From the IMG/VR virus record IMGVR_UViG_2721755712_000001: a stretch of DNA of 64,000 nt; one strand, 5' to 3'. The translations under genes and the position numbers were made by a program. The notes under the pieces were generated by a model. That model had not been told where the DNA came from, searched no databases, and saw only the letters and a program-made list of their open reading frames with translations. The stretch comes from a virus (taxonomy: Duplodnaviria > Heunggongvirae > Uroviricota > Caudoviricetes). Shown here one piece after another: positions 50,389 through 60,145 of this stretch (positions are counted from its first letter, which is position 1; each line of letters opens with the position of its first letter).

Positions 50389-51276
50389 TTACTTAAGTCC
50401 AATTTTCCCCAGACCGGAGGCCAACTTATCCATAGTCGACTTGTTCTTCGGTCGGGATATTGTGTAGGTCGATTTGGAATGTGAGCCTACACCCTGCTTG
50501 GCTTCGCTACGCATCAATGCGTCAGCTTCCGGATCTGCCCGCACAATGCGTTCAATCGCGGATTCAAACGGCAACGGCTTACCTTCACCGTCAACCAGAA
50601 CAGCTCGTTCTTTGTGACCTGCCGGTTTGTCATAACCCACTACGCTACCGTCTTCACCCACTTCAAAATGAGAACCGTAGATCACGCGGGCTTTTGCCGG
50701 GGTCATCAGAACTTTGTCACGTAGGAAGAGAGAGTTACTGAAGGAAGCGCCCACGGTCATCTCGACTAATTGAGATTTCAGTGATGCGTTTTCACTTTCC
50801 AGTGCTGCATAACGTTCGTCACGCTGTGCCAGCTCTGCCTGGTGTGCTTCGATCATCTGTTTTTTAACAGCATCGAACTCACCACGACGCTCCAGTTCAG
50901 CTTGCTCCGCCTCACGACGTGCGTTTTCTGCGGCTTGTTCAGCTTCTAAAAGCTGGCGAGCACGAGCCGGATCGATATCACCGTACTGAGCAAGCTGATC
51001 GGCCAATGTGCGCTCTTTCTCTTTGCGCTTCATGTTCTCCTTCAGCAGTTCAGCACCAGCTTTCTTGGTTTTACGAAGTTCGGCCAGTAACTCTTCCTGA
51101 GTCATGCCAGCGTATTCGTCATCGCCCTTCGGCTGCTCTTTTTGTTCACCCTGTTTGTCAGGATCTTGTGTACTCTGCTCATTATCAGCAGCTACACCGC
51201 CAGCGCCTCCACGCTCATGCGCTTCAGCGACATCCATCAGACCACGACGGGCCAAAAGCATTTGCCACAGATTCAT
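50389..51276 (-). CDS. putative scaffolding protein
   Basis: 295 aa; Glu/Ala/Arg/Gln-rich coiled-coil core; located between portal and capsid genes. Confidence 0.5.
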   Translation of the reverse strand: MNLWQMLLARRGLMDVAEAHERGGAGGVAADNEQSTQDPDKQGEQKEQPKGDDEYAGMTQEELLAELRKTKKAGAELLKENMKRKEKERTLADQLAQYGDIDPARARQLLEAEQAAENARREAEQAELERRGEFDAVKKQMIEAHQAELAQRDERYAALESENASLKSQLVEMTVGASFSNSLFLRDKVLMTPAKARVIYGSHFEVGEDGSVVGYDKPAGHKERAVLVDGEGKPLPFESAIERIVRADPEADALMRSEAKQGVGSHSKSTYTISRPKNKSTMDKLASGLGKIGLK

Positions 51277-51297
51277 AAAAATTCCTTTTGTTACTTA

Positions 51298-52872
51298 TCA
51301 CTCGTTCTCTTGAGTAGATGAGTCCCCATTCCCTCGGGGTTGATCTTGCCCGCTTTCTTGGGCTGCACCACGATCATAAGTAAGTACTGACTTATTTTCA
51401 AGGGTATTTAGATCATTTTTTGGAGGAAAATTCAAGAGATCTTTATCAAATTCCTTTTTCATCGCCTCAGTAATGTTCGGGAAAATCTTCTCAATAAGCA
51501 TTTCCATCTGGTGACGACGTACAGAGTCCGGTGCCTGAAGTAATGACAGTTTCTCGGCAACAGAAAATTCATCAGTAAGGCCACGAATATCGAAACTTTC
51601 TGGATACGCAATTAAAGAGTGGTCTTCGTCCAGATCTACCCCCATCCATTTCGCAACCAGTAGCATGATTTGGCGTTCAGCCCTTTCCAGACGCTCTGCT
51701 TTTGTGACAAGCAAGCTATTTACACGCTGGAAGTCATACATTTTTGCGGCACCAGATGAGTTATCGATTCCCTGTGCGTTGTCCTGCTTCGTTCGCTCAC
51801 CAGCTACACCAACTGAATGGTAGATTTCGTTAATCACCGTCTTAATCGTAGTGATGATCATCTGAGCTTGTTTCGGGTCTGGTGACAGATAAAACGGCTG
51901 GTTTCCACCTTCAGAATCGTAGGTGAAGACTCGCTTTGTGCCCATTTCAAGCACTTTAGTGTGGTTTTCATCACCAGGTAAAAGCGACTGTACCGGTATA
52001 GCCAACTGGCTAAATGTCTGATCCTGAATAATGGCATCAAGGTTTGACAGATAGTTTGCAACCGCACGATCAAGATAAGCGATATCATCGATCAACGATG
52101 GGCTGAAATACGGTGATTCACTTTCTCCAATACAATCAACAGGAAATACAGGAACTACGCCGAGATTATGCGCGCCGCTGTCCTCTAAAATAACTTTTGC
52201 CTGACGACGACCTGCTCCACCAGCGCCCTTCTTCACTTCCTCACGGAACAGATACCACTCGTTTTGTGTCCACAGACGATAACGTTGGTATTCCTGACCT
52301 GTAGAAGTAAAAGGATCTGCGTCATCGCGAGCGACTTCCACAATTAACGCCCATAACATATTCCCGTCGTCGTCCCATGCCACATCCAGCATTTGCTGAG
52401 GTGAAATCCAGTAGGCGTAGGCGCGAGCATCTTTCTTTTTCTCGTCAGCTACTGACTCAACATCACCACTCATCGTGCTATCGACAACAACCCATATGCG
52501 ACCGTAAATAGACGACTGCAAATCAATAGCGGCCATAAATGAGTCAATAGAGGCATTCTGGCGAGTCGCACGTTTCCAGAAATTGCGGATCTGCTCTGGT
52601 GCCTCTTCGATATTTCTATGAATGTCTTCTTTAAAGAGATATTTGTTGATGAGGTTTACCACCTCACGAGTGTGGTTGAAGCGATAAGCACGTTCAACTC
52701 GCTCCTTAAACTCCTGATCTCCCTCTTTAAAGTAACGAAAGATATTGTCTGTAAACCAACCACGCCCGCCAGCGTAAGTGCTGGCGAGGAAGTCCCAATG
52801 TTCTTTTTTCTTTTCGTATTCCGGGTGGCGTCGCGCCACCAGATCCTTAATTTGTTTGTCGTTCAATTCCAT
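51298..52872 (-). CDS. portal protein
   Basis: 524-aa ORF immediately downstream of the large terminase gene; size and position typical of portal. Confidence 0.6.
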   Translation of the reverse strand: MELNDKQIKDLVARRHPEYEKKKEHWDFLASTYAGGRGWFTDNIFRYFKEGDQEFKERVERAYRFNHTREVVNLINKYLFKEDIHRNIEEAPEQIRNFWKRATRQNASIDSFMAAIDLQSSIYGRIWVVVDSTMSGDVESVADEKKKDARAYAYWISPQQMLDVAWDDDGNMLWALIVEVARDDADPFTSTGQEYQRYRLWTQNEWYLFREEVKKGAGGAGRRQAKVILEDSGAHNLGVVPVFPVDCIGESESPYFSPSLIDDIAYLDRAVANYLSNLDAIIQDQTFSQLAIPVQSLLPGDENHTKVLEMGTKRVFTYDSEGGNQPFYLSPDPKQAQMIITTIKTVINEIYHSVGVAGERTKQDNAQGIDNSSGAAKMYDFQRVNSLLVTKAERLERAERQIMLLVAKWMGVDLDEDHSLIAYPESFDIRGLTDEFSVAEKLSLLQAPDSVRRHQMEMLIEKIFPNITEAMKKEFDKDLLNFPPKNDLNTLENKSVLTYDRGAAQESGQDQPRGNGDSSTQENE

Positions 52873-52898
52873 TTGAATAACCTTAGATAATTACTTAC

Positions 52899-54155
52899 CT
52901 ATCGAGAACCACCAAGAATAACACGGTTTTTGACTGGATACCTACGATGTACTGGATAGCCCAATGCGTCTGCACTATGCTCAATGCCACCTGTCTTATC
53001 CATATCTCGTGTTCCAGGCTTGTAGATGACTTTTTCCAGTGAATCAATCAAATGCTTGCACTTCGGATCGATATACAGCCGGATATCTCCAGATGCGGTC
53101 ATCAGCATTCGGTTAACAGCATTAACACGATCCGCAATTGGCGGGTGCTTTTTCGAATAATCGACACGTAAGAATCCCTTCTCTTTGAATATGTCGACGT
53201 CAGACTCCCCGCGAGCATGTTGGCGATAAGCACCTGCCGGATCTGGAAATACCGTTATCTGTGATTTCCAGCGCCAGAAGCGTCTCTCAAGCTCATCACA
53301 AACCTCTGCCGTGTTAGAGGAAAAGAGCACCAATTCATCAATTGCCCATAGCTCACCATTTGGCTGAGGTTGCAAAATTACGGAAGACATCGGGTCAATG
53401 TTGAAGTCCTGCCCTACCCATATAGGCAACCGAGGGTTGAACTGAAGCGGTTTTACATGCACGTTACGATCAAACGGGTAGTAAACGCGCCCGGACATGT
53501 TCTCAAAGCTGGCCAGGTACTCCTGAGCGAACGATTTGGGGTCCATATCGTTCTTAGCAGCTTCAATTTCCGCCGTAGGTACAAACGGAGAATCGGCAGT
53601 TACAAACTGCCAGCTCTTCCACTGTCCCTTTCTTTGCAGCTCTACGTTCTGGCCTATAGTCCACAGTTTGTGAAATTCCGAGAAGCCTTTTGGCGTACCA
53701 ATGATCAGTGCACCGCCGCGTGTCGATGAAAGAGTAGGTCGTAACACCTTGTACCAGGTGTCAGCCTTCATATCCTGAAATTCATCAAGCACTACAAAAT
53801 GCAACGCTACGCCGCGCAGAGTGTCAGGCTTATCAGCACCTTTGAGGGCGATCTCCGAACCGTTCTTCAACACGATTGTCATCGTGGTGTCGTTCTTTTT
53901 CCTAACCCACTTACGAGGCAGAACTTCCTGTAGATCGTCCCACAAAATCTGGCGAGCCATTTGGTAAGTAGGAGCGACATACCAGACCCTTTGCTTTTTT
54001 TCCTTTGCCGCCGCACGAATAATAGTGGAGATCGACAACCGGGATTTTCCCCAGCGTCGACCAGCACAAACAACTTTAAATCGATGCGGAGACTGGAAGA
54101 CTTTCATCTGTCCAGAATGCAGTTGCACAAGACTGAGCGAGGACGGGATTGCCAT
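52899..54155 (-). CDS. terminase large subunit
   Basis: 418 aa; Walker A-like VVCAGRRWGKS, Walker B HFVVLDEF, and an acidic C-terminal nuclease-like half. Confidence 0.8.
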   Translation of the reverse strand: MAIPSSLSLVQLHSGQMKVFQSPHRFKVVCAGRRWGKSRLSISTIIRAAAKEKKQRVWYVAPTYQMARQILWDDLQEVLPRKWVRKKNDTTMTIVLKNGSEIALKGADKPDTLRGVALHFVVLDEFQDMKADTWYKVLRPTLSSTRGGALIIGTPKGFSEFHKLWTIGQNVELQRKGQWKSWQFVTADSPFVPTAEIEAAKNDMDPKSFAQEYLASFENMSGRVYYPFDRNVHVKPLQFNPRLPIWVGQDFNIDPMSSVILQPQPNGELWAIDELVLFSSNTAEVCDELERRFWRWKSQITVFPDPAGAYRQHARGESDVDIFKEKGFLRVDYSKKHPPIADRVNAVNRMLMTASGDIRLYIDPKCKHLIDSLEKVIYKPGTRDMDKTGGIEHSADALGYPVHRRYPVKNRVILGGSR

Positions 54156-54787
54156 TATTCGTCCTCCTCTTCACTTCCATCATCTGTCGCATCAAATTCG
54201 CTTAGAGCTTCTTCTTCCAACGTCTCAAGCAATTCGTCATCGATGATTTCAGGCTCGTCGTCTTCCTGACGTAATTTCGCCACCTGGGAAGGCGTAAGCT
54301 CACCAAATACCAGGTTCGGAATTTCTTCCTCGTCATTTTCCGCATGATCCATGCCCAATGCTTTGGACGAAACTTCAAAGCATTTTGCAAGGGTATTACT
54401 GGCTCTCTGTAAGCTCTTGAGAGAATCCTCAATCGCCCCTAAAGGCTTACCCTCACGTTTGGCCGTAGTGACTTCGACCATCACCATCTGCCCCAACGCA
54501 TACGCCCAGCCGTCATAACGTGTACGACGTTCTTCTATCTTTTCCGCACGGGCTTTAGCGCGAAGCTCTGCGTCAGATTTAAGAGACTCACGAACCATCT
54601 TCCCAACAGAGTCCGCACCTTTCTCTAATCCTCGCTTTTTGAAATGTCTGGAGAGTGTTTCACGACGAATGCCGTACTCTTCCTCCAGCTTTGAGAGTGT
54701 ATATTCGCCTGACGTCCATTTGGCTTCAGCTTCGGCCCACTCCGCTGGTGTCAGGCGAGTTTTTACCTCGTCTTTTTCGACCGTCAT
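54155..54787 (-). CDS. terminase small subunit
   Basis: 210 aa; N-terminal HTH-like LSKLEEEYGIRRETLSRHFKKRGL, acidic C-terminal tail; overlaps the large subunit start. Confidence 0.55.
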   Translation of the reverse strand: MTVEKDEVKTRLTPAEWAEAEAKWTSGEYTLSKLEEEYGIRRETLSRHFKKRGLEKGADSVGKMVRESLKSDAELRAKARAEKIEERRTRYDGWAYALGQMVMVEVTTAKREGKPLGAIEDSLKSLQRASNTLAKCFEVSSKALGMDHAENDEEEIPNLVFGELTPSQVAKLRQEDDEPEIIDDELLETLEEEALSEFDATDDGSEEEDE

Positions 54788-54904
54788 AGATCCCTCTAAA
54801 ACACACAGAGCGCGTCCATGCGCTCTAAAACAACTTGTTTACTGAATCTGCTAACCAACTTGTTTTCTGGGGTGTTTAATTAGGTCTGGGCATGTCTTAT
54901 TAAG

Positions 54905-54959
54905 CCTGCTTCCGTATATATTTAATAAGTTACTTATTATTTATATATACAGAAGCAGG
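54905..54959. repeat. 55-bp near-palindromic element, copy 2
   Basis: identical to 23598..23652; about 120 bp upstream of the small terminase start. Confidence 0.9.
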
Positions 54960-54983
54960 TCTTTAAATAAGCTCCCAGACCGA

Positions 54984-55250
54984 TTACATCACCAGTAACT
55001 TCGCTTTGGCTCGACCTAAAGTGGTTAACCCAAGAGTTCGGCGGTGATAGCGATTGTCACTGCGTTGGCGCGTATGCCCTTTCTCCACCAGCCCCTTTTT
55101 TATCAGAGCGCGAATTGAGAACTGGATACTTTGCTTGGTTGTCTTGTACGGCAAAACTTCAAGCAATTCGTCCAGATCAAGTAAATGACCTCGCTCATAA
55201 CCGAGATTGAGCGTTTTGATGATGTCCTTTTGTTTATCGGTTAACGTCAT
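54984..55250 (-). CDS. small DNA-binding protein (winged-helix-like)
   Basis: 88-aa basic protein ending the upstream operon; helix-turn-helix-like core TTKQSIQFSIRALIKKGLVEKG. Confidence 0.4.
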   Translation of the reverse strand: MTLTDKQKDIIKTLNLGYERGHLLDLDELLEVLPYKTTKQSIQFSIRALIKKGLVEKGHTRQRSDNRYHRRTLGLTTLGRAKAKLLVM

Positions 55251-55259
55251 GGCAAATCC

Positions 55260-56150
55260 TTATGCCGGTAAAGCAATTTCTAACGGTTTATCCAAAGGTT
55301 GTTTGTCGAATGCCAGCAGTGGCAGCGTGTCAGGCAGCCGACGACCAAAGTCAGGGTTTCGGTACACACCATACAACGGAGACGTAAAGCTCAGGTTGTG
55401 AATGTCCTTGAGCAGCTTCACAATGCTGGCCTCGTCCACCAGACTGTCGGCAATGTCCTGAATCGTCGTGCCACGATTCCGCCCAGCTTTTGCCAGGGAA
55501 CTGTTCTTGTGGTAGTCCGCTACCAGATCACGCAGTGCACGGCGACGACGAGACTCGCTCATTGCGAACAACTCTTTGACGATCGCCTCGTTATCACCCG
55601 GGTCGGAACGGAAATGGCGCTGGAATACACGCAGTGCACTTTCATAGCTCTTCGGTCGCTCAGGGCGGATGAACTTAAACCCTGCTTTCATGGCGAAGGG
55701 ATTGTATTTGCTCATCGAGGACTGGATCTCAATGATTGGCCGGTCATGCATCCTGCTAACCAGGTTAATCATTCGATAAGAGACGCCTACGCCACGATAC
55801 TGAGTATCCACAACTGAGCGACTGATCACCGCAAAGTTGTTATTCACGTACCGACCCCAGTACTGGTTAGCCACGGTGGTATTAGTGGTTGGTTTCAACT
55901 TAGGAAACATGCGGTGGCGAGGTGCCAACAGTAGTTTCGGGTAAGCCATAACCACGACGCCCACCAGACGGTCATCAAGTTCGCAGCGATAGTAAGTTGG
56001 CGCGAAAGGTTTGCCGTCTGTTTTGTAGTGAAGCGACTTAAGAGCGTGCCAGTCCTCTACAGTTCCCTTTGTGACAGTCATTCGCTCCAGAAAGTCCAGA
56101 TGACGCGGAAACTCTTCAGGGCGGTAGCGTTTAATGATGATGTCCGTCAT
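55260..56150 (-). CDS. hypothetical protein with GNAT-like acetyltransferase motif
   Basis: 296 aa; VVDTQYRGVGVSYRMINLV (Q/R-x-x-G-x-G) and NPFAMKAGFKFI resemble GNAT motifs A and B; about 130 extra C-terminal residues. Confidence 0.35.
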   Translation of the reverse strand: MTDIIIKRYRPEEFPRHLDFLERMTVTKGTVEDWHALKSLHYKTDGKPFAPTYYRCELDDRLVGVVVMAYPKLLLAPRHRMFPKLKPTTNTTVANQYWGRYVNNNFAVISRSVVDTQYRGVGVSYRMINLVSRMHDRPIIEIQSSMSKYNPFAMKAGFKFIRPERPKSYESALRVFQRHFRSDPGDNEAIVKELFAMSESRRRRALRDLVADYHKNSSLAKAGRNRGTTIQDIADSLVDEASIVKLLKDIHNLSFTSPLYGVYRNPDFGRRLPDTLPLLAFDKQPLDKPLEIALPA

Positions 56151-56812
56151 AAATGAACCTCATCATGACTACCATTGTGATATTCCACCTTCACGCGTTC
56201 TTTGTAGTGCTTGGTGATCTGCATATCCGGGCGCAGCGCGTTCTTCAGGTCTTCGTGAGTCGTCGCCACCATTACCGTCGCACCAACCTTTCGAGCGGCA
56301 CGCTGGAGGTTAGATGCCACAACCTGAGCGGTTACACGGTCTAGAACAGCCCCGAACTCGTCAGCAGCCCACACTTTAGCGCCTGACTCAATCAGTTTGG
56401 CAATCTTGAGACGATATTTCTGGCCGTCTGACATTTCAGAAGGCTTGCGAACAAACAGATATGCATCGTTCAGACCAGCCATAGATAACAACCCAAGCGC
56501 ATCACTGGTCGTTTTGCCCAACTGATCGATGACGTTAACCTCATTATCGAAGGTAAAATCATCGATGGAGGCTACAGACAGCCCTTCATCCTTCATCTGT
56601 CGTTGCAACTCGCGCAGCACAACGGATTTGCCGGATCCGGATTGGCCGGTGATGTACACCACATCGCCCTGCTTCACTTCCAGCTCCAGATTGTCGTAAA
56701 GCGTCCACTCTTTTTCGTCCAGGCCAAGCCCGAACGACTCAGCGATTTCCAACGTGCGCGTGGTTTTATTTACGCGTGTCTGAAACGATACGTTGATGAT
56801 GTATTTGCTCAT
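56147..56812 (-). CDS. small ABC-type P-loop ATPase
   Basis: 221 aa; Walker A GQSGSGKS, signature-like LSDGQKYRLKIAKL, Walker B KVWAADEF, H-loop-like ATTHED. Confidence 0.6.
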   Translation of the reverse strand: MSKYIINVSFQTRVNKTTRTLEIAESFGLGLDEKEWTLYDNLELEVKQGDVVYITGQSGSGKSVVLRELQRQMKDEGLSVASIDDFTFDNEVNVIDQLGKTTSDALGLLSMAGLNDAYLFVRKPSEMSDGQKYRLKIAKLIESGAKVWAADEFGAVLDRVTAQVVASNLQRAARKVGATVMVATTHEDLKNALRPDMQITKHYKERVKVEYHNGSHDEVHL

Positions 56813-57510
56813 GCAGCCATCTCCCCGGAAGAGATCTTCTCCGCATATGCCACAAATGCGTCTACCCCGCTTTCTCCTGTCATTTCTTCCATGTGGGCAA
56901 GCAAATCACCAACAACAATGGCAGAGCCAGCAGGGAGCGTTTTAAAGCCCAATACGTCGACAACACGTACTTCTTCCGCTGCAACTTCACGACTGATCTC
57001 GGTGTGTTCATCCTTCTGTCGTTTAGTTTCTTCGCCAAGATCGATAACTAGCGAGTCGGTGTCCATTTCTTCTGTCATACTGCCAACGAGAACATTCAAC
57101 TCACGCTCTTCAAAGCCGAAAACCTCGATATCGTCCAGAACAAGCGACTCAAGCTCTTTCTGTAGCTTAATTGCATCGTAATCAATGCTGGCTAGTCGGT
57201 TATCTTCAAGGCGCTTCGCACGAACCTCGTCATCACTGAGATCATCGCGAACAATAACCGGTACGCGCTCAAGTCCAGCAAAAATTGCAGCCTCACGGCG
57301 GCCGTGGCCAGTAATAATTACGTCGTTCTTATCGACCGTAATTGGCTGGTCAAATCCGCGCTTTTTAATGGCTGCGGCCAGATCTCGGATCTGCTGTTCA
57401 TCATGCTTTTTGGCATTCATCTCATAGGGAATAAGATCTGCCGGGTCGCGATATACGATTTCAAACTTTTTGGTCATTACATACGCTCCTTGTAGTAGTC
57501 GACCAGCCAC
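56809..57510 (-). CDS. ParB/Srx-like nuclease-domain protein
   Basis: 233 aa; ParB-type motif IITGHGRREAA; acidic C-terminal half. Confidence 0.55.
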   Translation of the reverse strand: MAGRLLQGAYVMTKKFEIVYRDPADLIPYEMNAKKHDEQQIRDLAAAIKKRGFDQPITVDKNDVIITGHGRREAAIFAGLERVPVIVRDDLSDDEVRAKRLEDNRLASIDYDAIKLQKELESLVLDDIEVFGFEERELNVLVGSMTEEMDTDSLVIDLGEETKRQKDEHTEISREVAAEEVRVVDVLGFKTLPAGSAIVVGDLLAHMEEMTGESGVDAFVAYAEKISSGEMAA

Positions 57511-58175
57511 ACCAGAGCCTCACCAGCGTTCTCCATTTCATTACCGGTGTTAATAGCCTGCTCTTTGATGATGTTTTTTATGGTTTCTGCAACGCGATCT
57601 GACGCATCGAAGGTTACTTTGAAGCGCATGGTCTGATGTTCCGCACCGACACGTTCGGTTTTCTCTCGTTTGTCGGTATCGACAGGCTCGTCACCGCCAC
57701 GAGACAACGCCTCCAGTGCTTCAAGGTCGATTGCAGCCTCTTTTGCTAAAACCATCGAGATTTCGTCGTCATACGGGGCGATTTCAGACAGTTGATAGTC
57801 AAGTTCTGACTGAATTTCTTCAATGAAGCGTTGCAATGCGATTTGGTCGTCTTCACCGTATCGCTCGTTGTCCACCAGTGACATCTGTTTAGCTACGACA
57901 TCGCTAATTTTGCCCACAGAAAGCACCGGAACCGTTGAAATTCCTTGCTCAATAGCAGCACGCCAGCGATGTTCGCCGCCGAGGATTTCAAAAAATCCAT
58001 CTTCAAGTTCACGAGCCAAAATTGGCTTAAAAAAGCCCAATTTTTCGATAGAACCTTTCAGTTTTTCAAAATTCTGCGCACCAACCGAATTGGTGTTCCA
58101 GGTATTCGGGCGAAGGTTGGCAACATCAACCTGCAAAATCGTGATTTTTACATCCATTTTATTGCTACAATCCAC
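57477..58175 (-). CDS. ParB/Srx-like nuclease-domain protein
   Basis: 232 aa; canonical ParB box motif ILGGEHRWRAA. Confidence 0.65.
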   Translation of the reverse strand: MDCSNKMDVKITILQVDVANLRPNTWNTNSVGAQNFEKLKGSIEKLGFFKPILARELEDGFFEILGGEHRWRAAIEQGISTVPVLSVGKISDVVAKQMSLVDNERYGEDDQIALQRFIEEIQSELDYQLSEIAPYDDEISMVLAKEAAIDLEALEALSRGGDEPVDTDKREKTERVGAEHQTMRFKVTFDASDRVAETIKNIIKEQAINTGNEMENAGEALVWLVDYYKERM

Positions 58176-58239
58176 TAAGTAATCACTTACTTATTATAAT
58201 AGCCAAATAACATACAAAAGGCACTAAGGAAAGAGGTTT

Positions 58240-59799
58240 ATGACTGTTCGGATTGTATCTAACGCAGTAAATGCGCTTATTTCTGGCGCAGATGACAAGG
58301 TAAAGCAAATGGTGCAACAGATGTTGAGCTACGAAGTCGAGACTGGCGACTGGAAGGGCACAAGCACGATGTTCAACTGGAGTAAAAACTCGTTCCCTGC
58401 TGGCTTTGCCAAGCCTGTAGCGGCGAACTTGAACAAGGCGGGCATCAAATGTGTTCATATCCGCAAAGACAAAGCCCCGGCGCTTGGTAAACCAAATCCG
58501 GCGGTTAACCCATTCCCATACAATCCTGATTATGCGTATCAGGATCAGACTGTGGAAACACTGGTTCGAGAGGGAATGATGATTGCGCAGATCGCTACTG
58601 GTGGCGGGAAATCTAATGTTGCCTGCAAAGCAGCTGCACGTATCGGTCGAATGACATTATTTTTAACAACCCGCTCTGTTCTGATGTTTCAAATGGCCGA
58701 AAACTTCCAGAGATCCATCGACTACCGCGCCAAAAATGGCGAACCGTGGTTAAAAGACCAAAAGGTTGGAGTCATTGGCTCGGGTGAGTTCCAGGTATCA
58801 CGACATATCAACGTCGCTACAGTTCAAACTCTTGCAAGTTTCCTCGAAGAACCACCACGCGATGCAACACCAGATAAGAAAAGCTACCACCTCAAACGTC
58901 GGGACTTGGTGAAACGCTTCCTTTCAAGTGTGTCTCTGCTTATTCTGGAAGAGGCGCATGAGTCTTCAGGTTCTAATTTCTATGACATTGCCAGATTATG
59001 TGTGAACGCAGACTATCGTCTGGCACTTACGGCCACGCCGTTCATGAAGGATTCTACAGAAGCCAACATGCGTCTGATGGCTGTGGCTGGGCGAATTGAA
59101 ATCAAAGTCACAGAAAAGTACCTGATTGATCGAGGCATTCTGGCAAAACCGTACTTCCTTTATCATAAAGTTGCCTACAAGCCAGACGAGGCCAGAATCA
59201 AGGCCGAACTTGCCAACAAACACCTCAATTTTAGAGTTGGTATGAGCACCGCCTACCAAAAGGCTTATCAGTTGGGGATCGTGTATAATTTGGGACGTAA
59301 CGAGGCCATTGTGCGCGAAGCATTGCTCTATAAGCAACATTCTCTCAATTGCATGACTCTGGTTCGTCTTAAACGCCACGGGCAAATCCTGATGGAAATG
59401 ATGAAAGAGTCCGGCCTTAGAGTTGACTTCATTTATGGGGAATCGAACCAGTCGACAAGGCAAGCAAAGCTGAACAGTTTAGCGTCTGGTGAAATAGATG
59501 TTTTAATAGGCTCGACTATTCTGGATGTTGGTGTTGATGTGCCAAGCGTTGGTGCGGTCATTCTTGCTGGTGGTGGGAAAGCAGAAGTTGAAATGAGACA
59601 GCGTGTCGGTCGTGGCTTACGAGCCAAGAAGAATCAGGCAAACGTGTGTTTTATCACTGATTTCATTGACATTAGCAACAAATACCTGTTGTCTCACTCT
59701 TATGAGCGAAAACACATCATCGACACCACACCTGGCTTTGCAGAAGGTGTATTGCCTATTGATGGCGCATTCGATTTTGGAGTTCTGAAACGAGATTAG
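58240..59799 (+). CDS. superfamily 2 helicase (DEAD/DEAH-like)
   Basis: motif I ATGGGKS, motif II LILEEAHE, motif III LTATP, motif VI QRVGRGLR. Confidence 0.75.
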   Translation: MTVRIVSNAVNALISGADDKVKQMVQQMLSYEVETGDWKGTSTMFNWSKNSFPAGFAKPVAANLNKAGIKCVHIRKDKAPALGKPNPAVNPFPYNPDYAYQDQTVETLVREGMMIAQIATGGGKSNVACKAAARIGRMTLFLTTRSVLMFQMAENFQRSIDYRAKNGEPWLKDQKVGVIGSGEFQVSRHINVATVQTLASFLEEPPRDATPDKKSYHLKRRDLVKRFLSSVSLLILEEAHESSGSNFYDIARLCVNADYRLALTATPFMKDSTEANMRLMAVAGRIEIKVTEKYLIDRGILAKPYFLYHKVAYKPDEARIKAELANKHLNFRVGMSTAYQKAYQLGIVYNLGRNEAIVREALLYKQHSLNCMTLVRLKRHGQILMEMMKESGLRVDFIYGESNQSTRQAKLNSLASGEIDVLIGSTILDVGVDVPSVGAVILAGGGKAEVEMRQRVGRGLRAKKNQANVCFITDFIDISNKYLLSHSYERKHIIDTTPGFAEGVLPIDGAFDFGVLKRD

Positions 59800-59801
59800 T
59801 T

Positions 59802-60080
59802 ATGAGCGAAAAGAAAACAACTTATTGCCAGGTGGCATTGTCTGATAAGGCCAATGAAAAACTTGGAAAATTCCAAATAAAACTCAAAGAGAAAAAAATC
59901 AAGATGTCTAAGGCTGAAGTTATCAATGCCATTCTGGAGACGATGACTATGGCTGAATTTGACAAAGTCACATCTGCCGTTGGGGTTTCCGCTAAGACGC
60001 GTGAGAAAATCATGCGCATCTATGAAAACTCCAATATGACAAAAAAAGATCTAGAGGAAATACTGAGCAGGTTGCCGTAA
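59802..60080 (+). CDS. hypothetical small protein
   Basis: 92-aa Lys-rich ORF coupled to the helicase gene. Confidence 0.4.
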   Translation: MSEKKTTYCQVALSDKANEKLGKFQIKLKEKKIKMSKAEVINAILETMTMAEFDKVTSAVGVSAKTREKIMRIYENSNMTKKDLEEILSRLP

Positions 60081-60145
60081 CATTTCATATTTACCCCCTA
60101 TCTACTAATTCTATGATGTGCTCACTTGTTAGAAAGGAGCACATC

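Noticed and set aside
23598-54959. The two 55-bp palindromes as terminal inverted repeats of a large composite transposon or MITE pair
   Set aside because: They are 31 kb apart, enclose core structural genes, have no flanking direct repeats that I can find, and both sit at operon-head positions; a regulatory or packaging role is more plausible, though not proven.
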